Positions 50,976-63,434 of a DNA stretch of 64,000 bases are shown in pieces (position 1 is the stretch's first letter; each line of letters starts with the position of its first letter). The position numbers and the translations under genes were made by a program. Source of the DNA: an uncultured Gemmatimonadales bacterium (GTDB lineage: Bacteria; Gemmatimonadota; Gemmatimonadetes; Gemmatimonadales; Gemmatimonadaceae). The notes below the pieces were generated by a model. The model worked only from the letters and a program-made list of their open reading frames with translations. It had not been told where the DNA came from and did not search any database. The stretch lies in NCBI GenBank assembly GCA_963851265.1, contig CAWKNZ010000002.1, forward strand, positions 320,001 to 384,000, given 5' to 3'.

Positions 50976-52901
50976 TCAATTCCGCCCCACCTCGGCCGGC
51001 GACGTGCCGGCGGTGCCGGCCTCGTCGCCGCTCATGCGCTCGGCGGCGTCGGGCGGCTCGATGGGCGGGCCGCTCTGGTCGAGGACCGCGTCGGGGACGA
51101 CGTAGCGGGCCGACTCGCGGAGCGCGGTCGCGACCGCGCGGCGCGTGTCGTCGACGCGCTCCGCGCGGCCCGCCAGGAGCAAGCGTTGGGCGCGGAACCG
51201 CTGGCCGCTTTCGACGCAGAACAGGTCGCACAGCGCGAGCTCGTGCGCGCACGCGGCCGCGCCGCGCGCCTCGACGAGCTTCTGCGTGCGCGCGATGGTG
51301 GCGGCGCGCGCGTAGAGCTCGATCGCCATGTTGGCGAGGCGCTCGGTGACGAACTGGCGCTCGACGAGCTTCCGGCGGTGCTGCGTGATGGCCGCCTCGG
51401 TGGCCGCCTTGAGCTCGGCGACGTGCTTCTCGAAGTAGCGCTTGTGCGGCAGCAGGCGCTCGTCCAGGCGGGCGGCGACGCCGTCGGCGAGCGGGGCGGC
51501 GCCTAACGGGGCGGCCGCGGAGCGCACCCGCGCGGTGACGCGCTCGGTGGCGTAGCCGGCGACGACGTTGAACTCGTGGATCGGGTTCCGGAGCGCCCTG
51601 CCCACGGCCTCGAGCCGGCCGGCGGGCTCCTGCACGCCGTTGAGCGCGACGAACAGCCGGAGCACGTCGTTGGCGCCCTCGAAGATGCGGTTGATGCGCG
51701 CGTCGCGGAGCATGCGCTCGTACGGGTACGGCTTGACGTAGCCGCGGCCGCCCGCGATCTGCACCATGTCGTCGGTGGCGCGCCAGACCGTTTCGGAGGC
51801 GAACACCTTGGCCGCGGCCGCCTCGAGCGACGCGTCGACCTCGGGGTTGTCGAGCGCGGCCGAGAGGTGGCCGACGATGGCGTCGCAGGCGTACGCGTCG
51901 GCGGCGTTCGACGACAGCTTGCGCTGCGTGATCTCGAAGGCGGCGAGCGGGGCGCCGAACTGCACGCGTTGCTCCGCGTAGCGCGCCATCTCGCCGACGA
52001 CGTCCTTGGTGCTCTGTGCGCAGCCGGCCGCCAGGGCGAGGCGTCCGCCGTTGAGCACGTTGACGGCGACGCTGAACCCCTTGCCGACCGTGCCGAGGAC
52101 GTGGTCGTCGGGGACGCGCAGGCCGTCGAAGGCGAGTTCGGCCTGGGTGGAGCCGCGGATGCCCATCTTGCGCACCGTGCCGACTACGCGGAAGCCGGGC
52201 ATGTCGGGGCGGACGATGAAGGCGGTGGGCTTGTGCGTCGGCCGGCCGTCCTTGCCGGTCACCGGCGTCTGCGCGAACACGGTGATCACGCCGGCGCGGT
52301 GCGCGAGGCCGATCCAGTGCTTGCGGCCGTGGATGCGCCACGCGCCACCGTCGGGGTCGCGCTCCGCCCGCGTGACGATGTGCTGCGCGTCCGAGCCGGT
52401 CTCGGGCTCGGTGAGCGCGTAGGCGGCGAGGGTCTCGCCGCGGGCGAGCATCGGGAGGTACCGCGCCTTCTGCTCGTCCGTGCCGAACAGGACGAGGGGC
52501 TTGCAGCCCAGCCCCGCGTGGACGCCGAGCAGCACGCCAAGGGAGGCGTCCATGGCGGCGACGGCACCGAAGACGCGGGCGTAGCCGGTGTTGGAGAGCC
52601 CCACGCCGCCGTAGTCGCGCGGCACCGTGATGCCGAGCAGTCCCGCGTCCGCAAAGGCGCGGATGGTCTCTTCGGGGAGCGTCTCTTCCTCGTCGAAGCG
52701 GGCCGAATCGATCAGCCCGCCGGCCTTCATCTCGTCGAGCGCGACCAGAAGTCGGCGCACGACGCGGGCCTCCTCGGGGCGCTGGCGCTCGAGCGAGTCG
52801 GGGTAGGGGAAGAGCAGCGCGTCGTCGATGCGGCCCCCGAAGAGGCCGCGGAGGAAGGACGGCCTGGGTGTCCGCGCGTCCGAGGGGCGTGTGTCCGGCA
52901 T
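50976..52901 (-). CDS. Acyl-CoA dehydrogenase (ACAD9/VLCAD-like, long form)
   Basis: YALTEPETGSDA, GRKHWI, KMGIRGS, RVQFG, GGRGY, RIFEGANDVLR. Confidence 0.93.
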   Translation of the reverse strand: MPDTRPSDARTPRPSFLRGLFGGRIDDALLFPYPDSLERQRPEEARVVRRLLVALDEMKAGGLIDSARFDEEETLPEETIRAFADAGLLGITVPRDYGGVGLSNTGYARVFGAVAAMDASLGVLLGVHAGLGCKPLVLFGTDEQKARYLPMLARGETLAAYALTEPETGSDAQHIVTRAERDPDGGAWRIHGRKHWIGLAHRAGVITVFAQTPVTGKDGRPTHKPTAFIVRPDMPGFRVVGTVRKMGIRGSTQAELAFDGLRVPDDHVLGTVGKGFSVAVNVLNGGRLALAAGCAQSTKDVVGEMARYAEQRVQFGAPLAAFEITQRKLSSNAADAYACDAIVGHLSAALDNPEVDASLEAAAAKVFASETVWRATDDMVQIAGGRGYVKPYPYERMLRDARINRIFEGANDVLRLFVALNGVQEPAGRLEAVGRALRNPIHEFNVVAGYATERVTARVRSAAAPLGAAPLADGVAARLDERLLPHKRYFEKHVAELKAATEAAITQHRRKLVERQFVTERLANMAIELYARAATIARTQKLVEARGAAACAHELALCDLFCVESGQRFRAQRLLLAGRAERVDDTRRAVATALRESARYVVPDAVLDQSGPPIEPPDAAERMSGDEAGTAGTSPAEVGRN

Positions 52902-53011
52902 CCCGACTCGTACCCGTGAGGGCCGGGGATGATCGGGCGCGTACGCCACGCGGGGCGCCGTCGGACGTTGCCGACGGCGCCCCGCGTAGCGTGCCAACCT
53001 GACCGCCGGAA

Positions 53012-54217
53012 TTACTGGACGGTGACGGTGAGCGTGGCCGCGGTGCCTTGCGGCGCGTTGTTGGCGTCGAGCGCCTGCACGGTGATCGTCGTGGTGCCGG
53101 ACGCGACCGCGGTGAGCTGTGTGCTGCCGCTGCTGACGCCCGGGATGGTGGCGACCCCTGGGTTGCTCGACGTCACCCTGAACGTGCGGTTGAACAGCGT
53201 GTTGCCGACCGCGTCGAGGGGCGTGAGCGTCAGCGCGGTCGTGGTGCCGGTTGCGACGGTGAGCGTGGTGATCGTCCCGCTGGCGTTGGAGATGCGCACC
53301 GTGTTGGTCGGGGCGAGCACCGCGACCGTCACCGTCGTGACGCGCTGGCCGAGCAGGGGGTACCCGGGCACGACGTCGGCGGTGGCCGTCACCGTCGTGG
53401 TGTAACCGGCGGTGACCGGGGTGGCGAGGCCGCTGAGGCTGTCGATCGCGAGGATCGTCGGGTTGGTACTAGCCCACACCACCTTGCGGTTGACGACCGC
53501 CTGAAGACTGTCGGTGACCGTAGCCGTGAAGAACTGCGTCTGCCCGGTGTAGATCGTCGAGTTGGTGGGGGCGACCCGGACGTCGATGACCGGCGTGAGG
53601 GTCACGGTCGTGAGGACCGAGTCGACCGCCGGGGTGGCGCCCGGCCCGTTGTCGACCGTCGCGACCACCCACGACGTGCCGAGCGCGGCGGGCGTGACGA
53701 CGCCCGTGCTCGTGATCGAGAGCACGGCCGGAGTACGGGACACCCACGCGATCGCGCGGCCCCCGATGGCGTTGCCCACGGTGTCGAGGACCGTGGCGCC
53801 GAGTGAGTTGATCGCCCCCTGCCGGAAGATCGGGGTGCGCGGGCCGATGATGATCTGGCGCGCGAACACGGGGCGTACGGTGATGAGGGCGCTGTCTTGC
53901 TTCCCGCTGCTCTCGCCGACGATGTACGTGGTGCCGTTCTTCTGGCCGACGATGACGCCGTTGGTCGCGTTGACGCTCGCGATGTTGGGGTCGCGCGACT
54001 GGTACGTGACGTTGTAGCGCGAGCCGCTCAGGGCCTGGCTGCCGTCGAAGGCGACGCCGGACGCGACCGACTGCTGGCCGACGCTGATGACGGTCGGCGA
54101 CACGCTCACGCTGACGCGGGATACGGGGTGCACGCCGGTGAGGAACGTGCAGCCACTGCCCGCGAGCGCGGCGGCTGCGGCGAACAAAGAAACGGCGGTC
54201 GTGCGGAGGGGCCGCAT
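53012..54217 (-). CDS. Lipoprotein with tandem Big_2 Ig-like domains
   Basis: GSGC lipobox; repeated W/Y-xSxxPxVA/IxV...G motifs; Thr/Val-rich. Confidence 0.8.
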   Translation of the reverse strand: MRPLRTTAVSLFAAAAALAGSGCTFLTGVHPVSRVSVSVSPTVISVGQQSVASGVAFDGSQALSGSRYNVTYQSRDPNIASVNATNGVIVGQKNGTTYIVGESSGKQDSALITVRPVFARQIIIGPRTPIFRQGAINSLGATVLDTVGNAIGGRAIAWVSRTPAVLSITSTGVVTPAALGTSWVVATVDNGPGATPAVDSVLTTVTLTPVIDVRVAPTNSTIYTGQTQFFTATVTDSLQAVVNRKVVWASTNPTILAIDSLSGLATPVTAGYTTTVTATADVVPGYPLLGQRVTTVTVAVLAPTNTVRISNASGTITTLTVATGTTTALTLTPLDAVGNTLFNRTFRVTSSNPGVATIPGVSSGSTQLTAVASGTTTITVQALDANNAPQGTAATLTVTVQ

Positions 54218-54263
54218 GATCGTGAGGTAGAGTGGGCGGAGCGAATGTGGGCGGCGCGGCAGA

Positions 54264-56375
<2,112 letters not shown>

Positions 56376-56436
56376 ACGGTGCAACTATTTGGGCGGTGTG
56401 GCGTGCTGCGTCGCGGCCCGGATTTAGGTTGGGCGC

Positions 56437-56820
56437 ATGCGAAACCTAGTGTGGGCCGAGGTGGGGCTCGTGGCCGCGGGCGGGGCGCTCGGGTGCGTGT
56501 CGCGGTACGTCGCGGCGCTCGCGGCGGGCCCGGTGTCGGCGGGGTTTCCGTGGGGGACGTTCGCGATCAACGTCGTCGGGTCGTTCGTGCTCGGCGCGCT
56601 GCTCGGCGGGCTGCCGCCGGGGCACGCGGGGCGGTTGCTGTTCGGGACCGGATTCTGCGGCGGGTTCACGACGTTCTCGACGTTCAGTACGGAGGTCGTC
56701 GGGCTCGTCGAGCGCGGGGCGTGGGGGCGGGCCGGGGTGTACGCGGGCGGGAGCGTGCTGGCCGGCGTGCTGGCGGCGGCAGCCGGAATCGCGGTGGGGC
56801 GGGTGGTGGTGACGCGGTAG
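56437..56820 (+). CDS. crcB: Fluoride channel Fluc/CrcB
   Basis: GGALG..RY, FPWGT..IN..GSF, GFCGGFTTFSTF. Confidence 0.95.
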   Translation: MRNLVWAEVGLVAAGGALGCVSRYVAALAAGPVSAGFPWGTFAINVVGSFVLGALLGGLPPGHAGRLLFGTGFCGGFTTFSTFSTEVVGLVERGAWGRAGVYAGGSVLAGVLAAAAGIAVGRVVVTR

Positions 56821-56917
56821 CGCTGATGCCGGGGCGGGCGGAGCCGCTGCGCGTCTCCTCGCTGCGATCGAGCGCGCCTGCGAGGGCGCCCGCCGCCCGC
56901 CGGCTCAGGGGTGCGTG

Positions 56918-57727
56918 TTAGGCAGCCGCGGCGCGCAGTGCGGCCGCGGCGTGCGGTGCGGCCGCGACGACTTCGGCGGGGGCGGTGGTGCGGGCGCGGG
57001 CGGCTTCGGTTCGGGCGAGTTCGGTGAGGGCGTCGCGCATCGCGGATTCGCCGCCGAACTGGAAGCCGAGTTGCGAGGCGTAGGCGGCGCACGCGTCGAG
57101 CTTGGCGGCGAAGGCCGCCTCCGTGGGGTGGAGGGCGACGTCGACGAGATCGTGGGCGATAGGGTCGGGCGGAAGGGCGCCGGGGTGGCGGATGACGTAC
57201 GGGGTGTCGCGGTACCATGCCGTGGCGAGGGGGCGGCCGGCGGCGGCGCGGGTGTGCGCGATCTCGCGCACCGCGCGGACGACGTGCCGGTGGTCGGCGT
57301 GGCCGCCGATGGCCTGGGGAGCGAAGACGAGGGCGGGGGCGAGTTCGTCGACGAGCGCGGCGACGTCGGCTGCGACGGCGCGCCACGCGTCGGCGTCGGC
57401 GGGATGCACGCCGGCGAAGAGGGCGGCGGCGGAGTGGTAGCCGCGGTGCGGGGCCTCGGCGTGCGCGAGCCAGCGGACGGAGGCAGCGCCTAACGCACGC
57501 GCCGCCTCGGCGTCCTCGGCGCGGCGGAGGGCCATGTAGTCGACGTCGGCACCGAGGCCCTTGTCGGTCTGGCAGGCGAGGGCGAAGCCCCGCGGATCGG
57601 GGATGGAGCGGGTGAAGACGGTGACGAGGTGCGCGTCCCAGCCGCCCGCGGCGAGCGCGGCGAACGCGGCGCCGCAACTGAACGCGACGTCGTCGAGGTG
57701 CGGCGAGAGGAAGAGTGCGTTGGGCAC
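56918..57727 (-). CDS. PIG-L/LmbE-family deacetylase
   Basis: LSPHLDD, RRAED, GGHADH, Y.D.PY, AYASQ. Confidence 0.9.
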   Translation of the reverse strand: MPNALFLSPHLDDVAFSCGAAFAALAAGGWDAHLVTVFTRSIPDPRGFALACQTDKGLGADVDYMALRRAEDAEAARALGAASVRWLAHAEAPHRGYHSAAALFAGVHPADADAWRAVAADVAALVDELAPALVFAPQAIGGHADHRHVVRAVREIAHTRAAAGRPLATAWYRDTPYVIRHPGALPPDPIAHDLVDVALHPTEAAFAAKLDACAAYASQLGFQFGGESAMRDALTELARTEAARARTTAPAEVVAAAPHAAAALRAAAA

Positions 57728-57741
57728 GGCGGGCGGCGCGC

Positions 57742-58998
57742 TCAGAGTAGGTGCGGGGCGGCGCGGAAGCGGCAGGGGTCGATGGCGTCGTCGAACGGCC
57801 ACCACCGGTCGGGGCCGCGGTAGTCGCGCACGACCCGTGCGTACTCGCCGACGATCTGCCGCGCGATGGCGGGCCACGAATAGGTGGCGCGCACCTCCGC
57901 GAGGGCGGCGGCGGCGAGGCGCGCGCGGAGTGGGGCGTCGTCGAGGATGCGCGCGAGGGCGGCCGTGAGGGCGGGCACGTCGCCCGGGCCGACGAGCAAG
58001 CCGTTCTCGCCGTCGCGCAGACAGTCGACCACGCCCACGGTGCGGGTGCTGACGACGGCGAGTCCACTCGCCATCGCTTCGAGGATGGTGTTGCTGAACC
58101 CCTCGGCGTAGGTCGGGGAGACGAATACGTCGCCGCCGTGGTAGACGCGCGGCACGTCGTCGTACGCCGCGGGGCCGCGGAGCGTAACGCGGTCGGTGAG
58201 GCCGAGTTCGCGCGTGCGCTCGGCGACGGCGGCGGAGTCGGGGCCGATACCCGAGACGACGAGGCGCGCGGGGCGGCCGCCGCACGTCAGGGCGGCGAAT
58301 GCATCGAGCAGGTCGAGCGCGCCCTTGCGACGGTCGACGCGGCCGTGGTACACGAGCCGCGGCTCGTCGGGGTCGACGAGGGCGCCGGGGGTCCAGCCCC
58401 CGCGCGGGGTGAAGCGGGTGACGTCGACCGCACCGGGAACGATGGTGAGGCGGTCGAGCGCGACGCCGAGGTTGGCGTGCACCTCCTCGGCGAAGGAGCG
58501 GGCGCCGATGAGGAGGGCGTCGGCGTGGGCGAGGACGGCCTGCATGGCGCGGCGGTGGGTGCCGCAGCAGAGGCCGACCCAGTGCCCGTCGCCGCCCTGG
58601 ATGCTCACCACGACGGGGAGGCCGAGGCGGCGACCGGCTTCGAGGGCGGCGAAGCCGTTGGGGTAGCCGTACTGGGCGTGGAGGAGGTCGAAGGGGCGCT
58701 CGGCGTGGAGCCGCTCGACGAGGGCGACGCGGGTGTGGAGGTCGCGCTCGAAGTCGGCGGCGGCGCCGGCCGTCGCGGCGGCCTCGCCCGCGCTCTCGAC
58801 GCCGACCACGCGCACGCCGGCGACGGCCGGGGGCGGCCCGCCGCCGTAGACGGCGGTGCCGGCGGCGTCGGCGCGATAGTCGGAGAGCATGGTCACGTCA
58901 TGGCCTAACGCGACGAGCTCCCGCAGGAGGTTGGCGGCGTAGACGCTCATCCCCGAGACCGCGGGGAAGAAGCGGCGGGAGAGGAAGCAGACGCGCAT
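57742..58998 (-). CDS. GT4 glycosyltransferase
   Basis: FFPAVSGM, GRVDRRKG, EGFSNTILEAMASG (E-x7-E), GENGLLV. Confidence 0.92.
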   Translation of the reverse strand: MRVCFLSRRFFPAVSGMSVYAANLLRELVALGHDVTMLSDYRADAAGTAVYGGGPPPAVAGVRVVGVESAGEAAATAGAAADFERDLHTRVALVERLHAERPFDLLHAQYGYPNGFAALEAGRRLGLPVVVSIQGGDGHWVGLCCGTHRRAMQAVLAHADALLIGARSFAEEVHANLGVALDRLTIVPGAVDVTRFTPRGGWTPGALVDPDEPRLVYHGRVDRRKGALDLLDAFAALTCGGRPARLVVSGIGPDSAAVAERTRELGLTDRVTLRGPAAYDDVPRVYHGGDVFVSPTYAEGFSNTILEAMASGLAVVSTRTVGVVDCLRDGENGLLVGPGDVPALTAALARILDDAPLRARLAAAALAEVRATYSWPAIARQIVGEYARVVRDYRGPDRWWPFDDAIDPCRFRAAPHLL

Positions 58999-59843
58999 CA
59001 GCCGCCGCGCTCGGCGGCTCTCAGGTACGCCAGCGCCCGCGGGACCATCTCGTGCGCGCGGTGCGAGTCGCGGGACAGCTCGACGGTGACCAGCCGGTCG
59101 AAGCCGATCGCGCCGAGCGCGGCGAGGACCGACGGGGTATCCATGTCGCCCTCGCCGAACGGAAGGTGCTCGTGTACGCCGCGGCGCATGTCCTCGACGG
59201 CGACGGTGCCGAGGTCGGCGCGGCACTCGCGGACGGCGGCGGCGGGGTCGCGGTCGCCGGTGACGAGGCAGTGGCCGGTGTCGAGGGCGAGGCGGAGGAG
59301 CGGGGCGGCGGTGCCTAACGTATCGCGGAGGCGGCGCCAGTCGTCGACGGTCTCGACCAGCATGCCGGGCTCGGGCTCGAGCGACGCGGCGACGCCGCGC
59401 TCGGCGGCGAGCGCGACCACCTCGGCCACGCCCTGCTCCAGCCACCCCCACGCCTCGCCGCGGTCGACGCCCGGCCGCGGGACGCCGGCCCAAAAGCTGA
59501 CGGTCTCGCCGCCGCACTCGGCGCAGACGTCGAGGCAGCGGCGGAGGAAGTCGACGCGGCGCGCGCGCCCCTCGGGCGACGGGGTGACGAGCGTGGGCTC
59601 GTGCTTCGCGCGCGGGTCGAGGAGGTAGCGCGCGCCGGTCTCGACGACGAGGCCGAGCCCGAGGTCGCGGAGGCGCCGGGCGAGGGCGCGCGCGCGGTCG
59701 CGGAAGTCGTCCGCGAACGGGTCCAGGTGGTGCACGTCCAGCGTGAGCGCGACGCCGTCGTACCCCGCGTCGGCGATGAACGCGAGCGCGTCGTCGAGGC
59801 GGTGGTGCGCGGTGCCGTTCGTGTTGTAGGCGTAGCGGAGCAT
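58998..59843 (-). CDS. Sugar-phosphate isomerase/epimerase (xylose-isomerase-like TIM barrel)
   Basis: YNTNG..H, VETGARY, LEPEPGM, LDTGH, EDM..GVHEHL..GEG, VELSR. Confidence 0.88.
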   Translation of the reverse strand: MLRYAYNTNGTAHHRLDDALAFIADAGYDGVALTLDVHHLDPFADDFRDRARALARRLRDLGLGLVVETGARYLLDPRAKHEPTLVTPSPEGRARRVDFLRRCLDVCAECGGETVSFWAGVPRPGVDRGEAWGWLEQGVAEVVALAAERGVAASLEPEPGMLVETVDDWRRLRDTLGTAAPLLRLALDTGHCLVTGDRDPAAAVRECRADLGTVAVEDMRRGVHEHLPFGEGDMDTPSVLAALGAIGFDRLVTVELSRDSHRAHEMVPRALAYLRAAERGG

Positions 59844-59846
59844 GGC

Positions 59847-61376
59847 CTAACGGGTTGCGGTGGCTGGCGCGTTCTCGGCCGCGGCGGCTGCGGCCGCGGC
59901 CGAGAACGCCAGGACGTGCTCGCCGGGCTCGCGGTAGAGGGCGTAGAGGCGGCCGAGCCGGCGTTCCGCCTCGGCGACGTCGAACCAGCCGCTGCCGCCG
60001 AGTTCGGCCTCGGCCTCGGCGGTGAGCGGCACGCGAGCGACGCCGTCGGGGAGGTCGAGGTTGCCGCCGTGGGCGTTGATCCCGCCGAGTCCGTCGCCGC
60101 GTTCGGCGAGGAGTTGGAGGCCGCGCGGGCCGACGCGGTGGTAGCTCATGCCCTCGACCTCGAGCTCGGGGACGAGCACCTTGACCGCGCGCGACGGCGC
60201 GCCCGGCGCGGTCACGTCGACGTACCACACCTGCAGCTCGTCGCGATCCAACCGTTCGGTGACGTCGGCGAGGAGGGCAGCGGGGTCGTCGAGCGCGCCC
60301 GCCGGGACGGTGGGCAGGTCGGAGAACGGAACGCGCCGCCGCACCGAGAGGACGGTGTCGCGGATCATCGCTACGACCGCGTCGGGGCCCTGGGCCATCA
60401 GGTCGCGCATCGCGGCGAGCGCGCGGCCCTCCTCGTCCCACCCGGGCGGGTTGCGTTCGAGCCGGGCGCGGTAGTCGTCGGGGAGCAGCGGCGAGACGAC
60501 GTCCCAGCGGTCGTGCGCGAAGCGCTTGCGCACCCGGCTCGAGCAGAATTCCAGCATGGCCTTGCGGAGTGCGCGCTCCCGGTCGGGGTGGGCGGCCTCG
60601 CCGCAGGCGGTGAGCATGATCGGGTGCGGCGCCCGGCGCGGGTCGCGTTCGCCGCCGACCACGTACACGTTCGCGATCCCGAACGCGGTGGAGGCGAGCT
60701 TGGGGAGGACCTCGATGCCCGCGGCGTCGAGCCGGGCGCGGAGGTCCCGGACGACGGGGTCGGTGACGGCGTCGAGGTCGATGGCGACGCCCTGGTCGAG
60801 GGCGCGGTAGGCGAGCGAGTTGCCGTCGCGCTGGACGAGCTCGAGCAGGCCGTGGGCGAGGGCGCGTTCGAGCGTGTCGCCCGCGCCCATGCCGTTGGTG
60901 ATGGGCGTGAAGAGCCACTCGCCGGGGCCGGTGTCGCCGACGTTGCTCGCCGCGTACTCGAGCGGGACCCAGCGGCGGGCGCCGTCGGGCCATCGCACCG
61001 CCTCGACCCACTGCAGCGGGCGGTCGTGCGTGTAGCCGGTCCCGACCGGGAGTCGGCACTCGAGCGGGTCGAGGGCGAGGGTGCCCGCGCGGCGGAGTTC
61101 GTTGTAGCTGCCCGACCGGCGCGGGAGCGACCGGAACGACGCGAAGGTGCTGTAGGTCTCGACCATCTCGCCTAACGCACTGGCGCGGGCGGTGTGGTCG
61201 TCCGCGCCGTACCCGACGCCGGTGAGGGCTATGTCGTCGGGGGTGAACGCGGCGGCGTAGTAGACCGGAACGTCGAGCACGTCAAGCGCGTGGAGCGGGA
61301 ACTCGTAGCGCTCGAAGTCCGGGGGGATGGTTGCCCGGTACGCGGCGGCGGCGCGGGCGAGGGGGGCGTCGGTCAC
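59847..61376 (-). CDS. YcaO-family ATP-dependent amide-activating enzyme
   Basis: GVGYG...SALGEMVE, TNGMGAG....ALAHGLLELVQRD, GEAAHPD..RALRKAMLE, VKVLVPELE. Confidence 0.88.
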   Translation of the reverse strand: MTDAPLARAAAAYRATIPPDFERYEFPLHALDVLDVPVYYAAAFTPDDIALTGVGYGADDHTARASALGEMVETYSTFASFRSLPRRSGSYNELRRAGTLALDPLECRLPVGTGYTHDRPLQWVEAVRWPDGARRWVPLEYAASNVGDTGPGEWLFTPITNGMGAGDTLERALAHGLLELVQRDGNSLAYRALDQGVAIDLDAVTDPVVRDLRARLDAAGIEVLPKLASTAFGIANVYVVGGERDPRRAPHPIMLTACGEAAHPDRERALRKAMLEFCSSRVRKRFAHDRWDVVSPLLPDDYRARLERNPPGWDEEGRALAAMRDLMAQGPDAVVAMIRDTVLSVRRRVPFSDLPTVPAGALDDPAALLADVTERLDRDELQVWYVDVTAPGAPSRAVKVLVPELEVEGMSYHRVGPRGLQLLAERGDGLGGINAHGGNLDLPDGVARVPLTAEAEAELGGSGWFDVAEAERRLGRLYALYREPGEHVLAFSAAAAAAAAENAPATATR

Positions 61377-61417
61377 AGGCACACGGTCTCGGGGCGACGT
61401 GAAGGGGAGTGGCGCGC

Positions 61418-62341
61418 TCAACCGGCGGTCACCACCCGTCCCGCGCCGTGCGCCGCCCGCCAGGCGCGCTCGGGCACGCGCTCGCCCGTGGGGGCGCCGC
61501 CAGGGCCTAACACGACGCGGTCGGTGAACGGGTGCGGGGCGGCGAGGGCCAGATCGAGTAGGGCGCGCGCGGCCGGCATGCCGCCCGCGCGCACGACCTC
61601 CCACGGCGTCACGACGACGGCGGCGTCGACCGGGGCGAGGGTGCGCGCGTAGCCGGCGATCTGCGCGCGGGTGAGCGGGAGGTCGGCGTCGAACGCGAGG
61701 TGGGTGCTCACGCTCGTCGCCGCGCCCGCGGCGTCGACGGTGAACTTGAACGCATCGCCGCAGAAGAGGGTGCGGCGGGCCCGGCCCGCGTGCGGCGCGT
61801 CGTCCCAGACGAGCGCGGTGTGGCCCGGCGTGTGGCCGCCCGTGTGGACGAGGGCGACGCCCGGCGCGAGGTCGGCGCGGTCGTCGAAGGCCCACGACAC
61901 CGGCAGCGCCTTGGCGAAGCCGAGGTCGTCGCGGTGGAGTACGAGTTCGGGCGAGAACCGTTCGCACACGCGCCAGAGCGCGCCGTAGACGTGCGGGTGC
62001 GAGGCGGCGGCCCAGCGCACGCCGCCCGCGTCGGCGATCGCGTCGAGCGCCGCGTCGTCGTACCAGCCGCACCCCTCGAACGCGACGTTGCCATGCGGCG
62101 TGCGCAGGAGATAGCCCGACGGGCCGATGCCGATGGCCGGGCTCGCCGTGACGGCGAGAACGTCGGGCAGCACCTCCTCGACCGCGCACCGCGAGCGGGC
62201 GGCCACCGCGGCGGCGGTCGTGAAGCGCCACCCGTCGTCGGGGAGCGGGTGGCGGAAGTCCTCGCAGACGGGGCAGGCGGCCGGGGCGAAGTGGCGCTGC
62301 CAGAAGCCGCAGTGCTCGCAGACGAAGTACGCGAGAGGCAT
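61418..62341 (-). CDS. MBL-fold hydrolase with N-terminal CxxC...CxxC zinc-ribbon/rubredoxin-like module
   Basis: CEHCG...CPVCEDFR; SHPHVYG; GGHTPGH; LFCGD. Confidence 0.8.
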   Translation of the reverse strand: MPLAYFVCEHCGFWQRHFAPAACPVCEDFRHPLPDDGWRFTTAAAVAARSRCAVEEVLPDVLAVTASPAIGIGPSGYLLRTPHGNVAFEGCGWYDDAALDAIADAGGVRWAAASHPHVYGALWRVCERFSPELVLHRDDLGFAKALPVSWAFDDRADLAPGVALVHTGGHTPGHTALVWDDAPHAGRARRTLFCGDAFKFTVDAAGAATSVSTHLAFDADLPLTRAQIAGYARTLAPVDAAVVVTPWEVVRAGGMPAARALLDLALAAPHPFTDRVVLGPGGAPTGERVPERAWRAAHGAGRVVTAG

Positions 62342-63426
62342 CAGCGTGCCGCGGCCGCGGCCTCGTCGACCGCCCACCCGGGCGGCGCATCCACGCGCAC
62401 GAGTTCCTCGCGCCCACACGCCTCCACGAGCCGCATCGTGTGCAGGTCGCGCGCGGGCGGGAAGGGGAACGGCTCGCCGGCGAGCAGGCACCCCGCGAAC
62501 GTCTCGACCTGCGCGACGAAGGGCGACCGGTCCTCCTCGGCGAAGCTCGCGTCGCGCTCCACGCCGTCGAGACCGGTCAGCGTCAACCGGCCGCCGGGCG
62601 TTTGCCCCATCGTGTTGGTCGCGAGCGCGCGCCCGCGGTCGCCGATCACCTCCAGCTCGCGCCGGGGGAAGACGTCGGGGCGGTTGTAGGCGACCGTGAG
62701 GGAGACGAGCACGCCGCCGTCGGTGCGCGCCGTGATCACGGCGCCGTCGTCGACGGGGTAGTCGAAGACGCGTCGCTGGAGCAGGCAGGCCACCGTCGTG
62801 ACCGGTTCGGCGACGAGCATCTGCACGAGGTCGAGGCCGTGCGGCGCGAGGTCGATCATCGCCCCGCCACCCGCGCGCGCGGGGTCGACGCGCCAGTTGT
62901 CGTGCGCGTACTCGGCGGGCCGCCAATCGGGCGGCGTCCAGCAGGCGTAGTGGATGCGGACGCAGGTGACTGTGCCCAACGCACCGGCCGCGACGAGCGC
63001 GCGCAGACGGCGGTGCGCCGCGTGGAAGCGCTGGTCGAACGCGGTGGCGTACGCGACGCCCGCGGCGGCGCACGCGGCGACCATCGTCTCGGCCTCGCCG
63101 GCCGTCGGCGCCATGGGCTTCTCGCAGAGCACGGGCTTGCCGGCCGCGGCCGCCGCGCGGACGACCGCGCCGTGGCTGCTGTTGGGTGTCGCCACGTAGA
63201 CGGCGTCGACGGCGGGGTCGTCGAGCAGCGTGTCGAGGTGGAGGTGGCAGGTCGCGCCGGGCGCGAGTGCGCCGACGCGGCCGAGCGCGGCCGGGTCGCG
63301 GTCGCACAGCGCGACGATCTCGCCGTTGGTCGAGCCGCGGATCGCGGGCGCGACGTAGTCGCGCGCCACCCAGCCGCAGCCGACGACGCCCCACCCGATC
63401 GCAGGCGACGTTCCGCCCGCGTGCAT
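62341..63426 (-). CDS. Gfo/Idh/MocA NAD(P)-dependent oxidoreductase
   Basis: GVVGCGWVA, AVYVATPN..H, VLCEKPMA, NWR.D...GGGA..DLAPH. Confidence 0.93.
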   Translation of the reverse strand: MHAGGTSPAIGWGVVGCGWVARDYVAPAIRGSTNGEIVALCDRDPAALGRVGALAPGATCHLHLDTLLDDPAVDAVYVATPNSSHGAVVRAAAAAGKPVLCEKPMAPTAGEAETMVAACAAAGVAYATAFDQRFHAAHRRLRALVAAGALGTVTCVRIHYACWTPPDWRPAEYAHDNWRVDPARAGGGAMIDLAPHGLDLVQMLVAEPVTTVACLLQRRVFDYPVDDGAVITARTDGGVLVSLTVAYNRPDVFPRRELEVIGDRGRALATNTMGQTPGGRLTLTGLDGVERDASFAEEDRSPFVAQVETFAGCLLAGEPFPFPPARDLHTMRLVEACGREELVRVDAPPGWAVDEAAAAAR

Positions 63427-63434
63427 TGGTACGC

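Noticed and set aside
56376..56436. Fluoride riboswitch upstream of crcB
   Set aside because: Only about 60 nt of divergent intergenic space and no GGCGAUGG...CGCC/UAAUGAC consensus visible
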